Origin: an uncultured Gammaproteobacteria bacterium
GTDB taxonomy: Bacteria > Patescibacteriota > Patescibacteriia > Patescibacteriales > UBA12465
DNA length: 64,000 bases
Assembly (NCBI GenBank): GCA_964355275.1
Contig: CAYHCB010000005.1
Span: 4,325-68,324, forward strand
Direction: 5' to 3'
Below are positions 10,102-18,790 of the stretch, in pieces (position 1 is the first letter of the stretch; each line of letters starts with the position of its first letter). Below the pieces are notes generated by a model. It ran no database searches. It worked only from the letters and a program-made list of their open reading frames with translations, and had not been told where the DNA came from. Made by a program: the position numbers and the translations under genes.

Positions 10102-10659
10102 CTAGAATTTAACACTAATATTTTCTCTCTGGCTAGCGTCAGCTAACTCATAGAATTTATAACTGGTAAAATGTAATAAACCATTTATTACATTAGTTGG
10201 AAATACTTGTAATTTAGTATTAAAGTCACGAACATTACCATTGTAAAAGCGGCGAGAAGCCATAATTTTATCTTCGGTATCAGATAATTCACGTTGTAAT
10301 TCTAAGAAGTTTTGATTAGCTTTTAAATCAGGATAATTTTCTGATAAAGCGAAGATTGATTTTAAAGTAGCCGACAATTCATTTTCTGCTTTTATTTTAT
10401 TTTCAATATCTGAATTAGCTACGGCCATAGCAGAATTACGAGCGGCAACCACTTTTTCTAAAGTTCCCTGCTCATGAATAGCATAACCCTTAACTGTTTC
10501 AATTAAATTAGGAATTAAATCATAACGACGCTTAAGTTGCACATCAATATCACTCATCGCTTCTTCTACTCTATTTTTAAGAGTAATTAGTCCATTGTAC
10601 ATAGACACGATAACTATCGCTAAAATAACAATAACCCCGATAATAATCCAAGTAATCAT
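10102..10659 (-). CDS. lemA: LemA family protein
   Basis: IDVQLKRRYDLIPNL, ENYPDLKAN and RRFYN. Confidence 0.96.
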   Translation of the reverse strand: MITWIIIGVIVILAIVIVSMYNGLITLKNRVEEAMSDIDVQLKRRYDLIPNLIETVKGYAIHEQGTLEKVVAARNSAMAVANSDIENKIKAENELSATLKSIFALSENYPDLKANQNFLELQRELSDTEDKIMASRRFYNGNVRDFNTKLQVFPTNVINGLLHFTSYKFYELADASQRENISVKF

Positions 10660-10716
10660 AGTTTTTTAATTAATTATATAAGAATATTATGTCACAAAAT
10701 AGCAAAAAAATCAAGA

Positions 10717-13653
10717 TTAAAATCTTTTTAGGCCTAAACTAAATTTCTCATTATCAATTTTAATCTCTTTAGCACCGTCTACTTCTGGCATTGTTTCAAC
10801 AACTAAAATAGACTCGCTTAAAGTGTCTTTTTTAAGGTCATCCATTTTAGCAAGAATAACAGCAGTAATCTCAGCACTGGCACCAAGCACATAAACACTA
10901 GCAGTATCTGATAAATCAAAGCCAGCATCTTTACGCAACATATTTATAAAACGAACCAATTCTCTTTTTAAACCTTCAATTTTAAGTTCGGGGGTAATTT
11001 CAGTATCAAGAGTCACTTCAGCGTATTCTACCTCAGCCTTTTCCCATTTAACTTGTTTAATATTAAGTTCATCAGAAATTAAATTTAGATAATCTGATAC
11101 GAAGGCTTCGTCTTTAGCTTTAATAGTAATTGAATTTAACATTTGGCGAATCTTAATACCCGCTTCATCGCGACAAGCTAAACCTAATTCCACCACCTTA
11201 CGAACCAAAGTCATTTTTTCTAAATCATTTTTTTGGTCAGCGCTTAACTCTTTAATACTAGACCAGGTTTCTAAATGGACTGATTTATTTTTATCGGTAA
11301 AATTAAGGCCAGTAACTTTTTGCCAAAGACTTTCCGCTATAAACGGCATAGCTGGAGCAATAAGTTTAGAGACCTCTACTAAAATATATTTAGTAGTGGC
11401 TAATACTAAATTTTTATCATCACCCTCATCTTTAAAACGGTCACGACTACGACGTAAATACCAAGTGGAAAATTCATTAACAAATTCTGACACTGGCCGC
11501 ATCGCTTTGGGTAAATTATAGGCTTCCATCGCCTCAGTGACCTCTTGATGGAATAAATTAAACTTCGCTAATATCCATTTATCTAAAACATTAGGACTGC
11601 TAGGGTACTTTGTGTCTTCGGAGTTATCTGTGGCATACATTTCGTAAAACTTATAAACATTCCATAAAATCATTAAATTTTTACGAAGAGATTCTTCCAC
11701 CCCTTTTTCCGAAAAACTCAAATTCTCGGCCAACATCACTGGTGATGCTAAAAGATAAGAACGTAAAGCATCGGCGCCATATTTATCCATCACAACTGTT
11801 GGGTCAGGATAATTTTTTAATTTTTTTGACATTTTTTTACCATCTTCGGCTAACACGATGCCATTTACAATTACATTGTTAAAGCCGTGGGTCTTTTTTA
11901 AGCCACCGGCAAGGACATGAGTATAATAAAACCAAGTTCTTGTTTGATCAGCCCCTTCAGCGATAAACTGGGCCGGAAAATTAGCTTCAAACTTGTCTTT
12001 ATTTTCAAAAGGATAATGTAATTGAGCATAAGGCATTGAACCAGATTCGAACCAACAATCAAGTACATCGGAAATTCGTTTCATTTGTTTGCCGCATTTT
12101 TGACAAGCAAAAGTAATAGGATCAACTTTATCTTTATGAATATCGGTAATTTTTTTACCAGACAATTCTTCAAGCTCGGCAACGCTACCGACAACATGCA
12201 AATTACCACACTCACACTCCCAAATTGGAATAGCGCTTGCCCAAAAACGTTGACGAGAAATTGACCAATCACGAGCACCATCTAACCAATTACCAAAACG
12301 GCCATTTTTAATATAATCGGGTGACCAATTTATATTTTTAGCATACTCTAAAAGATCTGGTTTAATTTTAGTTACCCCAACAAACCATGAAGAAGTAGCA
12401 TAATTAATTAAAGGAGTATCGCAACGCCAACAATGAGGATAACTATGCTCATATTTTTCTTTATGAAAAAGAGTGCCGTGACCAGCTAAATATTTAATAA
12501 TTTCAATATCAGTGGCCATGTGATCTTCAATTGGTTTAACATGCAAACCGGCTAAATCTGTTACCTCTTGTTTAAACAAACCATCCATCCCAACGTGTTG
12601 AATAAAAGGTAACTTTTTATCACGACCGAGCGCCATATCATCTTCACCAAAAGCAGGGGCAATATGAACAACACCGGTGCCGTCTTCTGTAGTAACAAAT
12701 TCGGCATCATAAATTTGCCAACCATTTTCTAAATTAGCTAGTTCATTATCTTGGGCGTAATAATTAAATAAAGGTTGATATTTTTTTCCGATTAAATCGG
12801 TGCCCTTAAACTCTGAAATAGGCTCATAAGCTTTATCTTTCATGATATCGACTAGGCGGCTTTTAGCTAAAATATATTTAGCATCTTCTATTTTTACTTT
12901 TACATAATCAATTTCCGCACCGATAGCTAAAGCGACATTACCAATTAAAGTCCAAGGAGTGGTTGTCCAAGCCAAGACAAAAGTTCCTGGCTCATCTATT
13001 AATTCAAATTTAGCAATCGCTGATAAATCTTTTATATCCTTATACCCTTCACTAACTTCTGATTGTGACAGAGTTGTTTCGCAACGCGGACAAATATGCA
13101 TGGAACGATAATCTTTATAGATTAAATCTCGGTTCCAGAGTTCCTTAAAAGCCCACCAAACGGTTTCCATATAATCTAAATCCATCGTGCGATAAGCATT
13201 ATCCATGTCAGCCCAACGACCCATTCGATTAATAATTTGCTTCCAATCATCGATATAAGTTGCTACTTGAGCCCGGCACAGGTCATTAAATTTTGCCACG
13301 CCTAATTCTTCAATATCTTTTTTAGATTTTGTGCCTAATTCTTTTTCCACAATATTTTCGATTGGTAGCCCGTGGCAATCCCAACCCCATTTACGTTCTA
13401 CATGATAACCGCGCATCGTTTGATAACGTGGCACCATATCTTTCATGATACTACCTACTAAGTGACCATAATGCGGTGTACCAGTGGCAAATGGTGGTCC
13501 ATCATAAAAAACATATTCACCCAAAGGTGACTCTTTAGTTAAAGATTTATTAAAAATGTCAGCTTCATTCCAAAATTTTAAAACATTTTCTTCCATAGCA
13601 GGAAAAGAAGTTCTTTCTTGACCGCCGTCCTCTTTATTATTTTGTTCACTCAT
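10717..13653 (-). CDS. ileS: Isoleucyl-tRNA synthetase, type II (IleRS2)
   Basis: DGPPFATGTPHYGH, GWDCHGLP, WTTTPWT, KMSKK and IleRS2-type C-terminus. Confidence 0.97.
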   Translation of the reverse strand: MSEQNNKEDGGQERTSFPAMEENVLKFWNEADIFNKSLTKESPLGEYVFYDGPPFATGTPHYGHLVGSIMKDMVPRYQTMRGYHVERKWGWDCHGLPIENIVEKELGTKSKKDIEELGVAKFNDLCRAQVATYIDDWKQIINRMGRWADMDNAYRTMDLDYMETVWWAFKELWNRDLIYKDYRSMHICPRCETTLSQSEVSEGYKDIKDLSAIAKFELIDEPGTFVLAWTTTPWTLIGNVALAIGAEIDYVKVKIEDAKYILAKSRLVDIMKDKAYEPISEFKGTDLIGKKYQPLFNYYAQDNELANLENGWQIYDAEFVTTEDGTGVVHIAPAFGEDDMALGRDKKLPFIQHVGMDGLFKQEVTDLAGLHVKPIEDHMATDIEIIKYLAGHGTLFHKEKYEHSYPHCWRCDTPLINYATSSWFVGVTKIKPDLLEYAKNINWSPDYIKNGRFGNWLDGARDWSISRQRFWASAIPIWECECGNLHVVGSVAELEELSGKKITDIHKDKVDPITFACQKCGKQMKRISDVLDCWFESGSMPYAQLHYPFENKDKFEANFPAQFIAEGADQTRTWFYYTHVLAGGLKKTHGFNNVIVNGIVLAEDGKKMSKKLKNYPDPTVVMDKYGADALRSYLLASPVMLAENLSFSEKGVEESLRKNLMILWNVYKFYEMYATDNSEDTKYPSSPNVLDKWILAKFNLFHQEVTEAMEAYNLPKAMRPVSEFVNEFSTWYLRRSRDRFKDEGDDKNLVLATTKYILVEVSKLIAPAMPFIAESLWQKVTGLNFTDKNKSVHLETWSSIKELSADQKNDLEKMTLVRKVVELGLACRDEAGIKIRQMLNSITIKAKDEAFVSDYLNLISDELNIKQVKWEKAEVEYAEVTLDTEITPELKIEGLKRELVRFINMLRKDAGFDLSDTASVYVLGASAEITAVILAKMDDLKKDTLSESILVVETMPEVDGAKEIKIDNEKFSLGLKRF

Positions 13654-13735
13654 ATTTTAATTTTTATTTTCTAAGTAAGTTGCTAGATAATATAATAGAA
13701 AAATATCATATAAACCCCTAAAAATCAAGAAAAAC

Positions 13736-13762
13736 AAAAAACCCCCAGCCAGTGGGGATTTT
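13736..13762 (-). terminator. Probable intrinsic terminator
   Basis: A-run plus CCCC...GGGG stem downstream of the ITPase gene. Confidence 0.55.
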
Positions 13763-13784
13763 CTTAAAGCAATATAATTATTTT

Positions 13785-14318
13785 TTAATTACCAATAAAA
13801 TCAGCTAATTTCTGAGCTGCCTGACGACGCATACTGATCTTATTTTTTTCATGAATACCCATTTCGGCAAAGGTGTTGTCATAACCATCTGGTTGAAAGA
13901 TAGGGTCCCAACCAAAAGAAGTTTCACCTAGTGGCATAACAATTCGTCCGGAAATTGTACCCTCAAAATAAGATATCTCCCCTTGACCGTCGACATAACC
14001 AATAATAGTTTTAGCTTCTGCTCGATCATTACCGGAAGACAGCGCTAACTTAGCTAAACCCTCGCGGCCAATAGCTTTCATAAACCATCTAATAAATGGG
14101 CCCGGTAAGCCATGAAGGCCATCTAAATATAAAGAGGTATCTTCAACAATAAAATTACCAGGAACATGGTCAAGCGCTGCTTTTAATTTAAAAGCAACAA
14201 TTTCTTGAGGATCTAAACTCTGGATTTCTGGTAAATCAATATCTAATTGTTCAATATCCGGTAAAACGGCTTTTACTTCCGCAAATTTATTAATGTTACC
14301 AGTGATAAACTTAATCAT
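13785..14318 (-). CDS. rdgB: Non-canonical purine NTP pyrophosphatase (HAM1/ITPase)
   Basis: [28 protein letters not shown] and EKNKISMR. Confidence 0.95.
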   Translation of the reverse strand: MIKFITGNINKFAEVKAVLPDIEQLDIDLPEIQSLDPQEIVAFKLKAALDHVPGNFIVEDTSLYLDGLHGLPGPFIRWFMKAIGREGLAKLALSSGNDRAEAKTIIGYVDGQGEISYFEGTISGRIVMPLGETSFGWDPIFQPDGYDNTFAEMGIHEKNKISMRRQAAQKLADFIGN

Positions 14319-14329
14319 ATATTTATTAG

Positions 14330-14545
14330 TTACAATAACTTATCATCTTCAACTTTTTGATTAAAAACTTCATTTTTTATGCGCTCAACCTGTTCACTAT
14401 TTTCATAGTACTCATTTTTAAAAATTTTATACATCATCGGTAAGACACCGCACTGATTGCAAACCCCCCAATTACATTGCCCGCCATTATTGTTGTGCAA
14501 GTCTCGGCAAATAGCCGTCTCGCGATCAAAAATAGCTTTACTCAT
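14330..14545 (-). CDS. Small Cys-rich hypothetical protein, possibly metal-binding
   Basis: C-x10[10 protein letters not shown] pattern; operonic spacing. Confidence 0.6.
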   Translation of the reverse strand: MSKAIFDRETAICRDLHNNNGGQCNWGVCNQCGVLPMMYKIFKNEYYENSEQVERIKNEVFNQKVEDDKLL

Positions 14546-14614
14546 ATAATTTACTTAAAATTTTTATTAAAAAATTATTTATTATATTTTAATCCTTTAT
14601 TTTTATTATGTAAA

Positions 14615-15100
14615 TTAAATTTTATAACCGTTTTCTAAATATACAACATTCTTTCCGTCTAAATAAGATTTAATTCTCTTTTTAAGGGGTAGACCTAATA
14701 ACTTTAAAGCCTCCTCTAAAGAACAAAAACGAAATTCTAAAATTTCTTCACCATCAATTTTAATTAAGGCTGCTATTTTTTTAGTTATAACGCCGCAATC
14801 AAACAAGATTTGCAGAGATTCAGTATTTTGTACATTATTTACCACTTTGGGAAAGCAATAATCTAATACAGCTAATTTAGCAACAGCAAAATCGATATCT
14901 AGCTCTTCTTTAACTTCACGACGTAGCGCCATATCTAAAGATTCATCTTTTTCCACCACGCCACCGGGCAAAGTCCAATATTTTTTATAGCTTGCTCTTA
15001 AAATTAAAATTTGACCCTGCTCATTAAAAAATAAAGCGCCGACCGCCATTCTTTTTTGCGGTAGTGTTTTATAATAAATTTTAGGGTCAATAAATTCCAT
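14615..15100 (-). CDS. NUDIX hydrolase
   Basis: GGVVEKDESLDMALRREVKEELD Nudix box. Confidence 0.93.
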   Translation of the reverse strand: MEFIDPKIYYKTLPQKRMAVGALFFNEQGQILILRASYKKYWTLPGGVVEKDESLDMALRREVKEELDIDFAVAKLAVLDYCFPKVVNNVQNTESLQILFDCGVITKKIAALIKIDGEEILEFRFCSLEEALKLLGLPLKKRIKSYLDGKNVVYLENGYKI

Positions 15101-15193
15101 AAAAAATGAAAGTTTAATCTTTATAACATTAAAAGCAAAATTAACAGTATTTGTCAGTGCGCTGCCACAATCTAAAACAGTTGATCTATAAAA

Positions 15194-16030
15194 TTATTTT
15201 AATTCTTTTTGTTTTTTATTTAAAAAATTATCTTTGGAAATTATAGATCGACCAACTCTTTTTTCTAACTCTTCTCTAGCCTTTTTTGATACTCCGCCTC
15301 CTTTTTGAGCTACTTGCCTATTTTCAATAAAATTTTGCGGTTCTTCAACTTTAGAAATCTCTGTCGTTGAAGCTTCAGCTAACATATTTAAAACTAATTC
15401 TAAGTTAGTCATATTATCTCGCAAATTTTCTTTTTTAAGTTCTTTAACTTTTTTATAATCTTTAACCTTTAAACCAGCCCAAGCAAAAGTAATATCATCA
15501 GTCAAAATAGCAAATTCATTTTGTGCTTTAACTCCTCGTCCCGTCCATTCATTAGTTAAACTTTTTCTAATTTCAATACTTTTTAGTCTCAAATCAATCC
15601 AATCTTTAGAATACCCTTTCTGTAAATAAATAGTCATCGCTCTTTGGATCGCTTTTTCTGGATCTTCTATTTCCTCAACTCTCTCATAACCAACCCGAGC
15701 TAACCAAAGTTTAAATGGTTCGGCATGAGGTGATGGGATTGATTGAATAATACGAAAAACTGTTTCTGTGTCAGCGGCATCTGATAAGTAATATTTACCA
15801 TCTTTAGATAAAAATTTCAGTTGTACGATAAAATCGTACACCTGACTGCCCTCTTTATTAAGTTTATCTTTTAAATCCGACCAATAACGTTTAGATATAG
15901 AGCTTCGGGAAAGCACCCCAACTACATCAACAACTGAAAAATACCATTTCTCTTGGCCGTCATCCCAAATTTTTCTAATCTCTTTGTTTTGAAATAAAGA
16001 AATATTTTGTTTTTGTTCTTCTTTTTTCAT
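15194..16030 (-). CDS. BRO-N domain protein (antirepressor-like), paralog 1
   Basis: WYFSVVDVV, RIIQSIPSPHAEPFKLWLA and ENLRDNM. Confidence 0.88.
   Translation of the reverse strand: MKKEEQKQNISLFQNKEIRKIWDDGQEKWYFSVVDVVGVLSRSSISKRYWSDLKDKLNKEGSQVYDFIVQLKFLSKDGKYYLSDAADTETVFRIIQSIPSPHAEPFKLWLARVGYERVEEIEDPEKAIQRAMTIYLQKGYSKDWIDLRLKSIEIRKSLTNEWTGRGVKAQNEFAILTDDITFAWAGLKVKDYKKVKELKKENLRDNMTNLELVLNMLAEASTTEISKVEEPQNFIENRQVAQKGGGVSKKAREELEKRVGRSIISKDNFLNKKQKELK
15818..15844. repeat. Palindrome inside BRO-N paralog 1
   Basis: CAGtTGTACGAT-aaa-ATCGTACAcCTG, one mismatch. Confidence 0.9.
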
Positions 16031-16107
16031 ACTTTTAATGATTAATTATTACATTAATCACTATAACAAATTGACTATGAAGAAAACTTTAATATTTTAT
16101 CAATGTT

Positions 16108-16539
16108 TTAAAGCTTATAAGAAATTTTTAAACACTCGTCTAAATCTCTTATTAAATCTAAGTCCAGGATGTCTGCTGGCTTAGCCCACTTATAATTTTT
16201 ATGTTCACCGTCATTAATTTTTATCACCGGTCTTTCGGTTAAGACCACTTTAAACATATGAAAAATAAATTGATACGTGGGATACACAACATATAATTTT
16301 TCTAAATACTTTAATTCTCCTAACTCGACACTAAGCCCGGTCTCTTCAAAAATTTCACGACTTATTGCCTTAATTTCATTTTCGTCAGCATCAATTTTGC
16401 CAGCCGGAAGACCCCAAGTATTTCCTTCAGGCTTATGATCTTGACGATGCAAAATCAAAACTTCACCCCTATATTCTAAATAACAACTAACAACTTCAAA
16501 GCGAGGGATAAAATTTTCGGGCTCGGTTTTATAAATCAT
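16108..16539 (-). CDS. NUDIX hydrolase
   Basis: PAGKIDADENEIKAISREIFEETGL Nudix box. Confidence 0.93.
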   Translation of the reverse strand: MIYKTEPENFIPRFEVVSCYLEYRGEVLILHRQDHKPEGNTWGLPAGKIDADENEIKAISREIFEETGLSVELGELKYLEKLYVVYPTYQFIFHMFKVVLTERPVIKINDGEHKNYKWAKPADILDLDLIRDLDECLKISYKL

Positions 16540-16547
16540 ATATAAAT

Positions 16548-16889
16548 CTAATATTCTTTTTCAATCTCTACCTGCTCTTCAAAAATTTCTTTAATCTCTT
16601 TAGAGTCTATAATCTCAAAATATTTTACAACTTTGCCATTACTTTTAGCTAATTTTATCTTAGCCTCAACACCATTACTAATTTTACCAAAAACCCATAT
16701 TTCATTACATTTTTCCACAATAGCATTATTTGACTCTCTAATTTTATCACGGGAGATTGTATCTAATAAAAAATACTCATGAATCATAAACGGATTAAGT
16801 GGTGCCCCGTCATGCTCTAAAATATATTTAGAGATATGCATTCTAAAATAAAATAAATGTTTCGAAAAAGCAGGATAAATTAATTTCAT
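16548..16889 (-). CDS. Nucleoside 2-deoxyribosyltransferase-like (DUF4406-type) protein
   Basis: LIYPA...LNP...CNEIWVFG.IS.G pattern of the NDT-like fold. Confidence 0.6.
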   Translation of the reverse strand: MKLIYPAFSKHLFYFRMHISKYILEHDGAPLNPFMIHEYFLLDTISRDKIRESNNAIVEKCNEIWVFGKISNGVEAKIKLAKSNGKVVKYFEIIDSKEIKEIFEEQVEIEKEY

Positions 16890-16903
16890 ATTTTTATAAA
16901 TAA

Positions 16904-17113
16904 TTATTCTCCAAGATATTTAAACCTTGGCATTATTACACCATTTATTTCGACATTTTCTAAAAACATAGCTAGCGGTCTAACCCATAAATCGTAGTCG
17001 CCATAAAGAGCGCGATAAACTACTAAGTCTTCTAAGGTTTCACTGTGATGAGCTAAACCAATTACTTCATATTCATCACCTTTATAGTGCTTATATTTTC
17101 CTAATTTAATCAT
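16904..17113 (-). CDS. DUF1653 protein
   Basis: GKYKHYKG, HSET, VVYRALYG and WVRPLAMF. Confidence 0.93.
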   Translation of the reverse strand: MIKLGKYKHYKGDEYEVIGLAHHSETLEDLVVYRALYGDYDLWVRPLAMFLENVEINGVIMPRFKYLGE

Positions 17114-17559
17114 ACTAAAAATTGTTTATATCCTTGTTCAATATATTCTTTAGCCAGCTTGGCGTTTTCAATTGATTTAAACTTATGATGATAAGAAAAA
17201 AATTCTGAAATAAGTTTTCGCTCACTTTCTAAAATATCTTCCCAAATTTTAATATTTTTAATACTGCTATCTATAGCCACAACCTTATCGTCGCCATCAG
17301 CTCGATTGATTAAAGCAATCGGTTCAACCTCGAGTTCCTGACCAACACTTAAAATATTTTCTGAAATAATTAAAACGTCAATCTCATCACCCTCTTTAAT
17401 ATTTAAGGTATTACAAATATAACCATAATTAACTGGCATAACACCATCATTTATTGGAATAATATCTTTAATCGGACCTAAGTCAATAAAACCAGTTTTA
17501 TCAAATTTAAAATGCCTACGTCTCGTGTCCCCTTTTGGCATTTCAATAATTACTTTCAT
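17110..17559 (-). CDS. ppa: Family I inorganic pyrophosphatase, divergent
   Basis: IIEMPKG, PVNYGYI, EGDEIDVL and DDKVVA. Confidence 0.8.
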   Translation of the reverse strand: MKVIIEMPKGDTRRRHFKFDKTGFIDLGPIKDIIPINDGVMPVNYGYICNTLNIKEGDEIDVLIISENILSVGQELEVEPIALINRADGDDKVVAIDSSIKNIKIWEDILESERKLISEFFSYHHKFKSIENAKLAKEYIEQGYKQFLV

Positions 17560-17560
17560 A

Positions 17561-17830
17561 TTATTTTTTCAAATCATTATTTCTACTCTTTAACCAAACC
17601 TTCTTAAAAAATGGCATAGTTAGAGTGGAAATCATAAAACCGGTCGTTGGAACAATTGCATTTATCCAGGGTTTAGATACTTCTATCGCCCCCAAATACA
17701 AGCCAATAGCTAAATAAGTAAAGACCGCTAGCAAAACTCGGCGAGTCCAACTTTTTTCCCAATCTTTATCCGACTCCACTCGAGAGTTTCTGTCTTCTAT
17801 TTGTTTAATTCTCTGTTCTAAATCTTCCAT
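17561..17830 (-). CDS. Small two-TM hypothetical protein
   Basis: RNSRVESDKDWEKSWTRR followed by two hydrophobic helices. Confidence 0.75.
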   Translation of the reverse strand: MEDLEQRIKQIEDRNSRVESDKDWEKSWTRRVLLAVFTYLAIGLYLGAIEVSKPWINAIVPTTGFMISTLTMPFFKKVWLKSRNNDLKK

Positions 17831-17845
17831 ATTTTTAATAAAAAA

Positions 17846-18778
17846 TTAACTTGGATTGGAAAGATTTTTTCTTAAATTTTCTAATTCAACTTGATTATTC
17901 ATCTCATTCTCCATAATTTCAGATTCGCTCCAGAGATAAAAACGATATTTTGATTCTAAATCTTCTGAATTACCAGTAACTGAAATTAATTTTTTGTCTT
18001 CATAAAGCTCCGAGTTCTCTTTCAGCATCCTGTCTTGTATGGCTGATTTAATATCATCATAACCAGTTATTTTTTTATAAACATCGTCGTCATAACATTT
18101 ATCTAAAGGGATATGAATATCTAATTTTTTTAGCTTTTCTTTAACATCGGGGTTTATTATTACGCTATCTAGAGCACTTAAAAAACAACCGCGAAGATTA
18201 CCGCCAAACATAGTAAAAGAAGCTTTTTCTTGGTTACTAATTAAATTATTAATTAAACTTTTATCTATCTTGCCGCTAGAATCTACTAATCTAAAAGTTT
18301 TATCATCTTCAGATGAAGAATTAACTGTTTTATTATCAGTATTTTCCTGATAACCAACTTCGATTAAATTTCTATTAATACTCTGAGAAAGATGAGTACT
18401 AATATCTTCCAAAGAATCGCCATGTCTACTATGAATACTAAAAATATTAATAGGAGTATCTAATATAAAAGGGTCTTTTTCTTTTCCAAGAGACAGTAGC
18501 TCATTTTTTCTTTTGGCCCCTTCCTCAATTAAATCATTTTTATCAGCTGCGATAGACTCTTGTCTCATTCGAGAATATTCTTTTCTGCCAATAGTTTCAG
18601 CAATTTTGCTATTACTATCATGAAAATTTGAAATTTTACCTTTATCAATCATCTTGCTAAGCTTCTTTTTACTTTTGTCTGACAACAGTTCGGTACGAAA
18701 AAGCCTCTTATTATCAAGCTGACTAACATCTGGTATCTCTTTTTTGGAAAATAGAGAATTAAAGGTCTCAAATTTCAT
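17846..18778 (-). CDS. Hypothetical soluble protein
   Basis: 310-aa ORF starting 12 nt after the secA stop. Confidence 0.75.
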   Translation of the reverse strand: MKFETFNSLFSKKEIPDVSQLDNKRLFRTELLSDKSKKKLSKMIDKGKISNFHDSNSKIAETIGRKEYSRMRQESIAADKNDLIEEGAKRKNELLSLGKEKDPFILDTPINIFSIHSRHGDSLEDISTHLSQSINRNLIEVGYQENTDNKTVNSSSEDDKTFRLVDSSGKIDKSLINNLISNQEKASFTMFGGNLRGCFLSALDSVIINPDVKEKLKKLDIHIPLDKCYDDDVYKKITGYDDIKSAIQDRMLKENSELYEDKKLISVTGNSEDLESKYRFYLWSESEIMENEMNNQVELENLRKNLSNPS

Positions 18779-18790
18779 AAATTTTAATTT

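Noticed and set aside
13654-13735. T-box leader before ileS (also considered for proS)
   Set aside because: The intergenic space is too short and has no T-box sequence.
13785-18778. Integron cassette array of small co-oriented genes
   Set aside because: Most spacers are under 20 nt, there are no repeated attC-like sites, and no integrase is present.
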